Shown: piece after piece, positions 17,575 through 26,988 of the stretch
Layout: every line of letters begins with the position of its first letter
Position numbering within the stretch: the first letter of the stretch is position 1
DNA from: a virus
Taxonomy: Duplodnaviria; Caudoviricetes
IMG/VR virus record: IMGVR_UViG_3300050156_000193
Coordinates: 8,450-72,449 of that record
Strand: one strand, 5' to 3'
DNA length: 64,000 nucleotides
Translations under genes and position numbers: made by a program
Notes under the pieces: generated by a model
What the model was told of the DNA's origin: nothing
The model's input: only the letters and a program-made list of their open reading frames with translations
Databases searched by the model: none

Positions 17575-19400
17575 CAGTACTTTCCTTCTTGACCTTCTCC
17601 AAACTCATTACCAAACATGTAGCTGGTAATAGGGTCTGTGCTATGAACATGGCTCTCTGAGTGAGTTGCAGCACTCTCTTTCAAGGAATCGCGCAGGCGC
17701 GAAAAGCTAAGTTTCGAAACCCAGTCTTTATCTAGCATCTTGGCAGTCTGCAGCCCGGGAACGATAGGCTTAACCTTAAGTCCTGTAGACGAGATCGGCA
17801 CCATTTTAACCCCCAAGTCCTTTAGATCTTGAATATGGTTCCCATCTAAGAGCGTACCTGGGACCAGAGCCCCCACCCCCTTGGACAAAATGCTGCCCTC
17901 TGCATGATTGACCCCAACTTCCTTGGAGCCTTTATCTAGGTATTTACGGATGGTATTGATCTCTACCTTATCCCCGGGAAGGAGCCCGGTTGCACCAGGG
18001 TGTTCGACTTCGACGTACTTGAGAAGATTCTTAGAGATGATTTCAAAATGCCTAGGGTCCAAACCTCCTCCATAGATATTACGGAGTTCGTTTGATATAT
18101 ACTCTCGCCCTGCACCAATGCCTCGAATACTCACTAGCTTTCTAGGATTTACTGTTCCAGTAGATAACTGATCCCCCATTCTAATAGTATCACCAGGTTT
18201 TACGGAGACCCTTTGCTCGATAGGGACAAAGTGAGACTTTTCATTGATAAAAACCACAGAGTCTCCTAGCGGAGTTTTCTTAACATCGGTAACTTTACCG
18301 TTGATAGATGCAATAGTAGCTTCATCTTTGAAGTTATCAGATGGGTTATTCAGCAAGTTTGCAGCCTGCTCGTAAGCATTCCCCTTGCGCTCCCCCACGG
18401 TAGCCTTGTGCTTTGTACTCAGCATGCTTTGAGTCAGGACTTCAGACACTGACTGTGCTGCAATAACTCCTACGTTGGTTCCGATTTCAGGTAGATGCCC
18501 GGAAGCCATTAGACCGAAGCAATGCTGACACACCCCTTCTTTTGCCTCGCAAGTCATTGCGCTTCTGACTTTTAGCTTCTTCTTCCCTGCATGAGAAGCA
18601 TCTCTGATAGCAGCTTCGTCTACCAAGTGATTAGTGTCGGCAGAGTATCGACCAAGAAGACTCTTAGTATCGGTTACGTCTACGAAAATACCATTATGAG
18701 TCCCGCAATCTTGAACGGTAATAACTTCATGGAATACCGTAGGGGAAAGCTTTTTGAACAAAGCTCCGGGCAAGGCAGTACTCAGTTGGCTCATCACAGT
18801 AGATCCTCGACCCATGTAGCTAAGAGCTATGTGTTCCGCAGGGCGCATGCCTTCCGCAAAACTCCGCTCAATCACTACTGGAATTAGCTCCCCCTTAACG
18901 TTCAAAGACATTAGGGGGGTAGAGGTTCCACTAGCCAACTGGGCAGGGTTTCCTCGGGCACCGGTCTTTGCCATCTTGGCAGCAGTAGAGTTCTTTGATA
19001 GGAGGTAATCTAGGTTCTGTTTTTCGATCTTCTTGTTATAGCCCCCGGTAAGCTCTGCCAGTTCTTGGTTCTTAACGGGCTTAGTTCTATCTGACATCAT
19101 GATACGTTGTACCTTGGTGTCGTATTCCCTGATAATGGCTTGGCGCTCATCACTATCATTGATATAGTCAGATAGGGGGGTAGACGCCCCAATCTCAGTT
19201 GCAGTATTGAAGAATAGACGCCCTAAGTCATTGATATGGTGAACCGCATTTGGGCCACCGTTTTTCAATAGGTTGTTGACCACCTTAGAGACGCCTGCTT
19301 TGTCCAAAGGGTTGTGGATATCAAAAGCTTTCTTAGAAGCTTCTGTAGGCATTGAATGCTTTAGAAGTAGGGCGCCTGCAGTAGTAATCTTATCGGACAT
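17574..19400 (-). CDS. rpoC: RNA polymerase beta' C-terminal piece
   Basis: TTAG start (cf. TTVGR), GARGNPAQL, DCGT, CEAKEGVCQHCFG Zn site, GVIAAQSVSEVLTQSMLSTKH trigger loop, RHFEII. Confidence 0.9.
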   Translation of the reverse strand: MSDKITTAGALLLKHSMPTEASKKAFDIHNPLDKAGVSKVVNNLLKNGGPNAVHHINDLGRLFFNTATEIGASTPLSDYINDSDERQAIIREYDTKVQRIMMSDRTKPVKNQELAELTGGYNKKIEKQNLDYLLSKNSTAAKMAKTGARGNPAQLASGTSTPLMSLNVKGELIPVVIERSFAEGMRPAEHIALSYMGRGSTVMSQLSTALPGALFKKLSPTVFHEVITVQDCGTHNGIFVDVTDTKSLLGRYSADTNHLVDEAAIRDASHAGKKKLKVRSAMTCEAKEGVCQHCFGLMASGHLPEIGTNVGVIAAQSVSEVLTQSMLSTKHKATVGERKGNAYEQAANLLNNPSDNFKDEATIASINGKVTDVKKTPLGDSVVFINEKSHFVPIEQRVSVKPGDTIRMGDQLSTGTVNPRKLVSIRGIGAGREYISNELRNIYGGGLDPRHFEIISKNLLKYVEVEHPGATGLLPGDKVEINTIRKYLDKGSKEVGVNHAEGSILSKGVGALVPGTLLDGNHIQDLKDLGVKMVPISSTGLKVKPIVPGLQTAKMLDKDWVSKLSFSRLRDSLKESAATHSESHVHSTDPITSYMFGNEFGEGQEGKY

Positions 19401-19483
19401 GGGTCTATTTTATCCGATTTAGAAGAATGCGTCTACTTGATAAAGCAGCTACCTAAGGTTGGTAACGGTTTGCTTTCAGCCCT

Positions 19484-19528
19484 AGTTGTAAATTCCCAAA
19501 TCTGCCGTTTCTTGGTATAAGAATAGTA
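19484..19528 (+). promoter_or_regulatory. Class I phage promoter
   Basis: AGTTGTAAA-TTCCCA-N17-TATAAG-AATAGTA. Confidence 0.75.
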
Positions 19529-19553
19529 CCGAAACCTAGTTCATAGACCGAAA

Positions 19554-21203
19554 GTGACCATGTCGACCCCTACTCCACTTAATATCCCCCCTTTGGTTAT
19601 TATAGCTCGGGAGCCAATCCTTCTTGAACCAATACCCCCCACCCTGGTTCGAATCAACCCTACTTCTGAACTTGCTTCCATCCCGGTACCTACCTCCCCT
19701 CCAGTCTCTATAGAGGCTCCCCCTGAAGTGCCCGCCTCCCTGGCAGAGATCCCAGAATTAGTCCCTAAGGTAAATGCACCTAGGCTCAAAACTAAAAAAG
19801 CCGTGCCTGCACCCGTAGAAATTACTACTGCAACTGAGGAAGTAGGAGAGGCTCTTACTTACCCAGTAAAAACCCCGTTCCAACGGGCTATCCGGAGACT
19901 TGGTAACTCCTCTTCATATAAGAAAGCCATTTCCCCTGTCTTTGCGGATATTCGTAGTAAAAAGGAGTACCTGACTATAACTCAGTTTGATCCTCTATCA
20001 ACGGAGTTTCAGGAATCCTTTAACACTGCCTGGGATGCTGATAAACGATCCCGCACTCAAGCTTTCGGGGACCCGAAACAGCTCGCAGGCTTTTATCGCC
20101 GAGGCGGGGGTACCCTCTCCTCTCCTAATGGAGTACCAAGGAATTTCCCTGCTTTGCCAAATCAGAAAGGCACTAGAGAGTACCCTCTGGATTTGTCCCT
20201 AATAACTGATCAAAACCCAATTTCTCATTTCCAGGAAGCCCTTTGGGTAGATGTTCCAAGTAAGTGTACTGAGGCTCAGGTTGTAGAATTGGCAATACTC
20301 AAAGTAACAGGGTCTCCTGGCCAAGGAAACGACGTAGATCTCTCAAGCCTACTGGTCAATATATACTCTGCAGGAGAAGGGATCTGTGCAATCACCTTCT
20401 TCAAAATTGCGCACGCAGAGGGGAGAACTTACGCAGCCATGAGACCCGTGTCCCTTCATACAGTATGGGTTCTACCGTACTACGAAGATTCGGGGTTGAC
20501 CACAGAACCCTTCTTTTTGAACGGAGGGATAGTCTTCGCGTACAAGACCTTAGCGTTTCGGGAGCTGGGTCTCAAGCTAAACCTAGACGGGACAGTTCAA
20601 GCAGTCGTCCCAGACCTTGTGAATACTGGTCAGTTAAAACTAACTGACGTGCGTAAAAATCCTCGAAGGATGACTCTACCGATGTTTCCAGATGTCGTAG
20701 CGAGCGCCTCCGGGGCCAGGGCTTCTTCTATAAACCGATGGTATGGAGAAATGGCTTTTAGTAGTGAGTACTTTCCTTTCTACGTAACAGGGGCAACTGT
20801 CTCTCCTGATCATATCTATTCCTCCGGTCAGGTGAGACGATATCCTCTTCAGCCTAGCAGGTTGGGGGTGTTTACCCCGCCCACCACGTCTATGAGGCTA
20901 CAGTACGCTCTTTGGCATAAATGCATTGTCCAAGGAGGGGGGAAACATACGGAGTATAGTGTGTATGTGAGCGGTTTTACGAAAAGACAAGCTTTTCTTA
21001 AAGCCATGACTCCCTGTCTTTTGGACTTCATGCCTGAACGGCAAGAGGTCTGGAAAGAGATCCAGAGCAGGAAAACTCTCAGTCAATTCAATGCTGAACG
21101 GATAAAGCTGAATCTACCCCTGATTACGAGAGTAGATCAATTGCAAACAGAAGCTCAGCGATTGAACTTCTTATCTATTGACCGGACATCTCTACCCGGT
21201 TAA
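19554..21203 (+). CDS. Hypothetical protein with Pro-rich N-terminus
   Basis: 549-aa ORF between a class I promoter and a terminator; no family recognised. Confidence 0.7.
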   Translation: MTMSTPTPLNIPPLVIIAREPILLEPIPPTLVRINPTSELASIPVPTSPPVSIEAPPEVPASLAEIPELVPKVNAPRLKTKKAVPAPVEITTATEEVGEALTYPVKTPFQRAIRRLGNSSSYKKAISPVFADIRSKKEYLTITQFDPLSTEFQESFNTAWDADKRSRTQAFGDPKQLAGFYRRGGGTLSSPNGVPRNFPALPNQKGTREYPLDLSLITDQNPISHFQEALWVDVPSKCTEAQVVELAILKVTGSPGQGNDVDLSSLLVNIYSAGEGICAITFFKIAHAEGRTYAAMRPVSLHTVWVLPYYEDSGLTTEPFFLNGGIVFAYKTLAFRELGLKLNLDGTVQAVVPDLVNTGQLKLTDVRKNPRRMTLPMFPDVVASASGARASSINRWYGEMAFSSEYFPFYVTGATVSPDHIYSSGQVRRYPLQPSRLGVFTPPTTSMRLQYALWHKCIVQGGGKHTEYSVYVSGFTKRQAFLKAMTPCLLDFMPERQEVWKEIQSRKTLSQFNAERIKLNLPLITRVDQLQTEAQRLNFLSIDRTSLPG

Positions 21204-21243
21204 AATCCAAGAAGAAACCAGGTTAAAATCCAAGAAGAAACCA
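21198..21243. repeat. 23-bp tandem duplication
   Basis: GGTTAAAATCCAAGAAGAAACCA x2. Confidence 0.9.
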
Positions 21244-21264
21244 GGTTCTAAACCTGGTTTTTTT
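21238..21264 (+). terminator. Intrinsic terminator
   Basis: AAACCAGG-ttctaaa-CCTGGTTT-TTTT. Confidence 0.75.
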
Positions 21265-21288
21265 AGATTAATCGACCCCCGACCTTCC

Positions 21289-22263
21289 ATGCCTAATCCG
21301 TATCTTCTCAAAATTGCTGAAGCCTTTTTCCATACGACGGGGGAGGACAGCCTTAGGCGCATCTTATCTAGTGGAAAAATTAAAACACTCTCACATGTGG
21401 CGAGAGAAAACCCCGAAGAGCCTATTTCAGTGGAGGTAGGGCTCCTCCCTTTTAGAAGAGAGGTACTACCTGCGGCAAAGGCTGTAGAGGTCATGTCCGC
21501 CAGGAAAATAACAGATAAAGTATTTTTAACGCGAGGAAAATACTTACCTACATATGGGGAATACGTTATAAAAAAAGAGCTAACCCTCCCTATTAAAAGG
21601 GTATCTTTAAACTCCATTCCAGAAGAATTTATATCAAGTAGGGTACTATCTACTAATACTAATAGCGAGATCTTTGTACCTGAATCCAAAGTTTCGACTT
21701 TTCAACAAGAATACCCCAGCTTGAAGGTATATTCGAATAAGAACATCCCTGCATTTTCTCTGCTTGATCGGGTCAAGAACTACCCGACCAAAGTAAAAGA
21801 TGTATTGTTTGCGAAAGCAGCCGAGCTTAACGTCAAGCGCATCTCAAACAACGCCCTTCTAGCAGGAAGTCAAGGCTTAGGTATTAATGTTGATGCCTCT
21901 GATCTGGATGTCTTTATCCCCTACAAGTCTAAATACCAATTTGAAAAAAATATAGAAAGATTACTTTCTCAGTATCCAGGTTTAAAGCCTGGAGAATTCT
22001 CGAAAAATAAAGAATCCAAAAGAGTGTTATCTGGCAGCATTGACGGGGTGGACGTAGATCTGGCGGTAGCATACGGGCAAAAAGCCCAAGCGTTTAAAAA
22101 TGCTTTTCTAAAAGCTAAAGACGCACTATCGGAACAGGAGAAGGCAGAGATCATTAAAAAGAAAACAGAGCTAAAAAATTCATGGGTATTCCCGGAAACT
22201 AGGTATAAAATGTACAAAAATCAAGTTGCAGAAAACTTAGGCCTTAAACAAACCTACTTCTAA
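21289..22263 (+). CDS. Two-domain protein: ADP-ribosyltransferase-like N-domain + Pol-beta-type nucleotidyltransferase
   Basis: Probable start MPNPYLLKIAE; FHTT...ILSSGKIK...VFLT (ART-like, weaker); LAGS...SDLDVF...DVDLAV (GS/DxD/D NTase triad). Confidence 0.6.
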   Translation: MPNPYLLKIAEAFFHTTGEDSLRRILSSGKIKTLSHVARENPEEPISVEVGLLPFRREVLPAAKAVEVMSARKITDKVFLTRGKYLPTYGEYVIKKELTLPIKRVSLNSIPEEFISSRVLSTNTNSEIFVPESKVSTFQQEYPSLKVYSNKNIPAFSLLDRVKNYPTKVKDVLFAKAAELNVKRISNNALLAGSQGLGINVDASDLDVFIPYKSKYQFEKNIERLLSQYPGLKPGEFSKNKESKRVLSGSIDGVDVDLAVAYGQKAQAFKNAFLKAKDALSEQEKAEIIKKKTELKNSWVFPETRYKMYKNQVAENLGLKQTYF

Positions 22264-23768
22264 TGAACCCCTATATTCTCAAAATTGCCAAGCAAATTCT
22301 CAAAGATACGGAAAAGGTCCCTGAAAAAAGGGGGGTCTCCGGCAAAGGGCCTCTTCGTCCGAACCAGGAAGAAGCCTTGTCTAAGCTAGATAAGAGCCAT
22401 GGGCTACTACTACACCACAGCACTGGTAGTGGGAAGACCGTAACCTTTCTAACTGCTGCCCAACGAGCTTTGGAAAAGGATAAGACTGGCCGGGCATTGC
22501 TAGTAGCCCCTGCAAGCTTAGTTTCTAACATTGATAAAGAGTTGGATAAGCATGGCATCAAATTGGATAGAAGTCGGTTAGATGTTATGTCTTACGAAAA
22601 GGCAGTGAATCGTTCAGAAGAACTAAAGAAAAATAAGTATGCAATTGCCATCCTTGATGAAGCTCAGAAAGTTCGAAATAGTGACACAAAACGCACTCAG
22701 ATACTGGGGGATATTGTTTCCAAGGCAGACAACCGAGTTTTGGCAACTGCTACCGCAAACTACAACCATGTTGCTGACCTAGCACCTATTATGAATATGG
22801 TGGCAGGTCATGAAGTTTTGCCAAAAGACAAGAGAGCGTTTGAAAAGAGGTTCACTCAGACTTCTAAGAAACCTCAAGGTATCCTTGATAGGATTCTTCG
22901 CAAACCCCAAGAAGAGGAAACTTCTTTAAAGGGGCAGAAAGAGCTGGGCAAGCTTTTTAAAGAGCACGTCCATTACTATGATGCTAGTGAAGATAAGAGC
23001 GTTCAGGACAAATTTCCCAAGACTACTGAAAAGACCATTGAAGTAGATATGTCCCCGGAACAGAAGCGGATGTACTCTTATATGGAAGGTCAACTCCCCT
23101 CTCTTCTGAAAATGAAAGTCCGCCACGGAATGCCTCTGGACAAACAAGAAAAGGCTCAGTTGAACTCTTTCTCTGCCGGTGTTAGACAGGTGTCAAATTC
23201 TCATCGTCACCTCTCCCAAACTCCAGACAAGGTCGCATATACTCCAAAAATTGAAGCTGCGGTGAAAAGCCTTAAAGAGCGTGCAGGAAGCGATAAGAAC
23301 TTCAGGGGATTGGTGTATTCTAACTACCTAGACGCCGGGGTGTATGAGTATGCGAAGAAGTTAAAAGAAGAAGGTATTTCTCATCATATCTACACCGGGG
23401 GGCTTTCTAAGTCGGAGAAAGACGCCATGGTTAAAGACTACAATGAGGGTAAGGTAAAAGCCTTGCTAATCTCTTCTTCAGGTGCAGAAGGGTTGGATCT
23501 AAAAGGAACTAAGCTAACTCAAGTCCTAGACCCCCACTTTAACCCAAGTAAGATCAAGCAGGTAATCGGCCGTGGATCTAGATATGAAAGCCATGCTCAC
23601 TTGCCTGAAAATGAGAGGACTCATGAAGTAGAGCACTACCTTTCTACTTTGCCTAAAAACCTGATGGGTAAGGCTCCGATGAGCATCGATAAATACCTGC
23701 ATGAGAACTCTGGGGAAAAGCAGGTGATGTTTGATCAGTTAAAAGAAGTGATGAAAAAGAGTAACTAG
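22263..23768 (+). CDS. SNF2-family (poxvirus D6/D11-like) helicase
   Basis: HSTGSGKT, ILDEAQ, ATAT, SGAEGLDL, DPHFNPSKIKQVIGRGSRYESHAHLP; N-terminal NPYILKIA. Confidence 0.85.
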   Translation: MNPYILKIAKQILKDTEKVPEKRGVSGKGPLRPNQEEALSKLDKSHGLLLHHSTGSGKTVTFLTAAQRALEKDKTGRALLVAPASLVSNIDKELDKHGIKLDRSRLDVMSYEKAVNRSEELKKNKYAIAILDEAQKVRNSDTKRTQILGDIVSKADNRVLATATANYNHVADLAPIMNMVAGHEVLPKDKRAFEKRFTQTSKKPQGILDRILRKPQEEETSLKGQKELGKLFKEHVHYYDASEDKSVQDKFPKTTEKTIEVDMSPEQKRMYSYMEGQLPSLLKMKVRHGMPLDKQEKAQLNSFSAGVRQVSNSHRHLSQTPDKVAYTPKIEAAVKSLKERAGSDKNFRGLVYSNYLDAGVYEYAKKLKEEGISHHIYTGGLSKSEKDAMVKDYNEGKVKALLISSSGAEGLDLKGTKLTQVLDPHFNPSKIKQVIGRGSRYESHAHLPENERTHEVEHYLSTLPKNLMGKAPMSIDKYLHENSGEKQVMFDQLKEVMKKSN

Positions 23769-23867
23769 TGCAATTTCTTAATTTAATCCTGAAAGATACG
23801 ACGATTACGATAACAGTCTTTTGTGTCCTCATAGCAACAATTCTAGTGTTCTTCCAAGACTGAATCT

Positions 23868-23896
23868 AAAGCGTCACCCCCTAGGCGCTTTTTTTT
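23868..23896 (+). terminator. Intrinsic terminator
   Basis: AAAGCGTC...GGCGCTTT followed by T-run. Confidence 0.65.
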
Positions 23897-23910
23897 AGTT
23901 AGATATGAGT

Positions 23911-23949
23911 TAGTTGTAAATTCAACATTTTGCAAGAACGTGGTATAAG
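23911..23949 (+). promoter_or_regulatory. Class I phage promoter
   Basis: TAGTTGTAAA-TTCAAC-N17-TATAAG; 38/39 identical to 49850-49888. Confidence 0.8.
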
Positions 23950-24008
23950 GGGGTTGTAAATAGAATCCTTTCTATTTAGCCGAGTTTCCCCCAACTGAAA
24001 GGCTCTTA

Positions 24009-25280
24009 ATGACCACGTTTTTCGCTCAGTCCGGTTCCACTTTTTCAATTCAGAACGACCTGAACTCTGTTATTCACGACAAACTTCCTGCTGGAAATTA
24101 CGCCGTAAAACAAAATCCTATGACAGGTGCTTTTTATTTAGAAAGCACTGAGAACTTTGAAGCCCCCGGCAAGATTTATGGGGACCCAATTCGTTACGCC
24201 AATCGCATTCTGAACACATTTCAGGATAAAAATAAGAGCTTAGGCACTCTCCTGGCAGGAGAGAAGGGTTCTGGGAAAAGCATGCTGTGCAGGGAAATCT
24301 GTCGACTTGGGTATGCATTGGAGTACCCAACCTTGATTATCACCAGCCCAATGCGAGGGGATGGATTCTTTCAATTTCTGCATGCCATCTCTCAGCCCAC
24401 CATCGTTTTCTTCGATGAGTTTGAGAAGGTCTACGACCGAGACGAGCAGCAGGGTTTGCTGACCTTGCTGGATGGAGTGTTCCCTTCCAAGAAGCTTTGG
24501 CTCTTGACCTGCAACGATAAGTGGCGGCTGGATTCTCACATGCGGAATCGACCTGGCCGAATTCACTATATGATCGAATTCCAAGGCTTAGATATGGCAT
24601 TCATCAAAGAGTACTGCGAAGATCGCCTGGACGACAAAACCCAGATCGACGGGGTCCTTTCCGCCTTGAGCATTTTCCATACAGTAAACTTCGATACCTT
24701 ACAGGCACTAGTATCGGAAATGAATTTGTACAAAGAATCTGCTTTGGATTCTCTTGAGCTGCTTAACGCACGCCCGGATAGTGACGATAAGAACGCTTAT
24801 TCAGTCAGCTTGGTGCATCAGGCTACCGGCATTACTTGGGGGGATGCCCCTGGTCAGGGCGAGGGGAAGTCCTTTTCTATGGACGGTAGTAGGATTGACA
24901 AATCGCCTTTGCATTTGCAAAATCACTTCGTCCAGTTCTATAATGTAGATCTGGACGATTTGGCGAAAGCAGGGAAAACCTTCGAACAAGTTAAAGAGTT
25001 GGCTGCAAGTTGTGGGCTATTGACTGAACAGCTTTTGGAAAGTGAGGGGCTTTTCTATAAGCTGCAATCTGGTGTGAAGCTGACTGACGAAGAGGAAGAT
25101 CTGAAGTACCTTAAAGCATTCCGAAATAAGAGTATCAGCCTTAGCAGTAAAGACCTCCTTGGCGCTGACCTTGAAGCTGGGGTGTTTGAATTCAAAGCCG
25201 ATCCAGGGTTTGTTATCAAGGTAAAGCGCAACGTCTCCCCAGGCCTTTCTATTCGGGAAGCAATGGGTCTGCTGGTCTAA
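24009..25280 (+). CDS. AAA+ ATPase
   Basis: Walker A GEKGSGKS, Walker B IVFFDEFEK, sensor TCN, RPGR. Confidence 0.9.
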   Translation: MTTFFAQSGSTFSIQNDLNSVIHDKLPAGNYAVKQNPMTGAFYLESTENFEAPGKIYGDPIRYANRILNTFQDKNKSLGTLLAGEKGSGKSMLCREICRLGYALEYPTLIITSPMRGDGFFQFLHAISQPTIVFFDEFEKVYDRDEQQGLLTLLDGVFPSKKLWLLTCNDKWRLDSHMRNRPGRIHYMIEFQGLDMAFIKEYCEDRLDDKTQIDGVLSALSIFHTVNFDTLQALVSEMNLYKESALDSLELLNARPDSDDKNAYSVSLVHQATGITWGDAPGQGEGKSFSMDGSRIDKSPLHLQNHFVQFYNVDLDDLAKAGKTFEQVKELAASCGLLTEQLLESEGLFYKLQSGVKLTDEEEDLKYLKAFRNKSISLSSKDLLGADLEAGVFEFKADPGFVIKVKRNVSPGLSIREAMGLLV

Positions 25281-25283
25281 AAA

Positions 25284-25508
25284 ATGACCCTCTCCCGTGT
25301 TCGAAAAACCGGGGCAGGGTATTTCTGGGCCGAGGAGGAGAAGGCTCTACTGACTTCTATTTATAGAACTGGTGGAAGCTTTTCTCTTTCTCGTGCGGTA
25401 GAAGCCCTGGCTCCTAAAAGCAGAAGTACCATTGCAGCTCAAGCCAGTCGCTTGAAGTTGACCGTTCCCAGGCCCAGGAAGACCCTTTCAACCGACGACA
25501 AGGATTAG
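25284..25508 (+). CDS. Small Myb/SANT-like HTH protein
   Basis: WAEEEKALL...RSTIAAQASRLKL pattern. Confidence 0.5.
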   Translation: MTLSRVRKTGAGYFWAEEEKALLTSIYRTGGSFSLSRAVEALAPKSRSTIAAQASRLKLTVPRPRKTLSTDDKD

Positions 25509-25510
25509 AA

Positions 25511-25774
25511 ATGCTAGCAAATAAAGAAGTCTCAGCTTCGATCTCAGAAGCACTTGATGCCTTAGAGGATAGTCTAGGTAGCAACTCGGAGTTTGACGTT
25601 GTGGTGATATTTTTGCCCAAAACCATTCGACAAAACGACTCTGACCTCAGAGAGATCTTAGAAGAAGACCCCCCGCTTCTGGTCTACACCGACAGTGCTC
25701 GACTAGAGGAAGCGGAAATGGCTATCAAATCAGAAGCCTATTATCTACACCAAGAACACGTCCTAGTGGGTTAA
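25511..25774 (+). CDS. Hypothetical acidic protein
   Basis: Closely spaced ORF ending just before terminator. Confidence 0.55.
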   Translation: MLANKEVSASISEALDALEDSLGSNSEFDVVVIFLPKTIRQNDSDLREILEEDPPLLVYTDSARLEEAEMAIKSEAYYLHQEHVLVG

Positions 25775-25775
25775 C

Positions 25776-25805
25776 AAAAAAACCTAGTCCCCACTAGGTT
25801 TTTTT
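25776..25805. terminator. Bidirectional intrinsic terminator
   Basis: A7-CCTAGT-cccc-ACTAGG-T7. Confidence 0.85.
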
Positions 25806-25808
25806 AGC

Positions 25809-26951
25809 TTATCCAATAGTAATAGGAGTGTTCACTTTAATCGCCCCGGACTTTAGCGCAGCCAAAGCTTCTTCTTCGGTCTTGAAATGAACCTGTTTTT
25901 GCTCATGATCAGGCTCTGTTAAATGCATAGACCCTAGAATAGCTTCATGTCCAGGGGCTACCAGACTGTTCCCTAAGCCCTTTCGGAAGTCATAGATATG
26001 AGACTCTGGTAAGAGCTTCTTCCTAGCTTCGACAATAGCCTCATCCGAAATAGGAACATGAACCGTTAACGCATCCCCGTCGTAGTCTCCTGCAAATAGA
26101 CTCAAGTGAAGAGGGCTTATCCCTAGAGTCTTCCCCGGAATAGGCTTTGGGTAAGCTGCTGTTACGTTAGACAACATCAAAGTAGGGGCACGGTTTAACA
26201 AAATAGGGATTTGCTTGATCAACTTATTATAGCTAGCCTGTGCAGCAGTAGTCCTGGCAGTAACAGCCTTCTTTGCTTCCGGGTAGGTGTATCCGTTTTT
26301 GACCAAGTCTCTAATAATGTGGTACTCGTACATGGTCCATATCATTTCGCTAGGTACTGCAGCTTCGTTAAAACCTAGATTAGGCTCAGCATAGATTGTA
26401 GCTCGACCTGAAAAGTCCTGCTTCTTGGATAGGATCTTGCTTTGAAAGAAGCCGGTCTTAGGCCCCCCTTCTCCTCCAATCTGTTTCAAGAAACCCTTCA
26501 GTCCTTCCCCGCGAGATGAACCCTTGATGGCCTCTCCTACCCCAAAGATAGCCTTGGCCCCGTTATAGAGATCTCTACGCTCTCCTGCAAGCATGTCATC
26601 CCCGAAGAATTCCTTAGCTTCACCGAGCTTGGAATTCACAAGCATATGATCCTGGTAAAGCTTATTAGCGTCCGGATATTTGATTCTATTCCCGGCCTGT
26701 TGAATAGGGGGCCTACAAATCGGGGGAATTACCGGCATATGGTTAATAATGAAAGACTCTTCCGGCTTAGTCCCAGAGCTATCTAACGCAGCCAAGTACT
26801 TGATCTGCTTCACCATATCGTCACGTTTAGCTGCGCTCTTAACTTCGTGAATATCCTTCTTCAGCGCCCCCAGCTGTTCCTTAATGTTTACAGCGGAGAG
26901 CATATCGTGAAATGCTTGACCTCCAGTAATGATAGAATCTTCGTTTTCCAT
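25809..26951 (-). CDS. rpoC: RNA polymerase beta' middle piece (catalytic)
   Basis: MPVIPPICRP, DANKLY, KKQDFSGRATI, LLNRAPTL, catalytic AGDYDGD, PGHEAILG. Confidence 0.92.
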   Translation of the reverse strand: MENEDSIITGGQAFHDMLSAVNIKEQLGALKKDIHEVKSAAKRDDMVKQIKYLAALDSSGTKPEESFIINHMPVIPPICRPPIQQAGNRIKYPDANKLYQDHMLVNSKLGEAKEFFGDDMLAGERRDLYNGAKAIFGVGEAIKGSSRGEGLKGFLKQIGGEGGPKTGFFQSKILSKKQDFSGRATIYAEPNLGFNEAAVPSEMIWTMYEYHIIRDLVKNGYTYPEAKKAVTARTTAAQASYNKLIKQIPILLNRAPTLMLSNVTAAYPKPIPGKTLGISPLHLSLFAGDYDGDALTVHVPISDEAIVEARKKLLPESHIYDFRKGLGNSLVAPGHEAILGSMHLTEPDHEQKQVHFKTEEEALAALKSGAIKVNTPITIG

Positions 26952-26988
26952 GGTTCAATTTTAGATAGAAGGGGCCAGAGCCCCTGGG

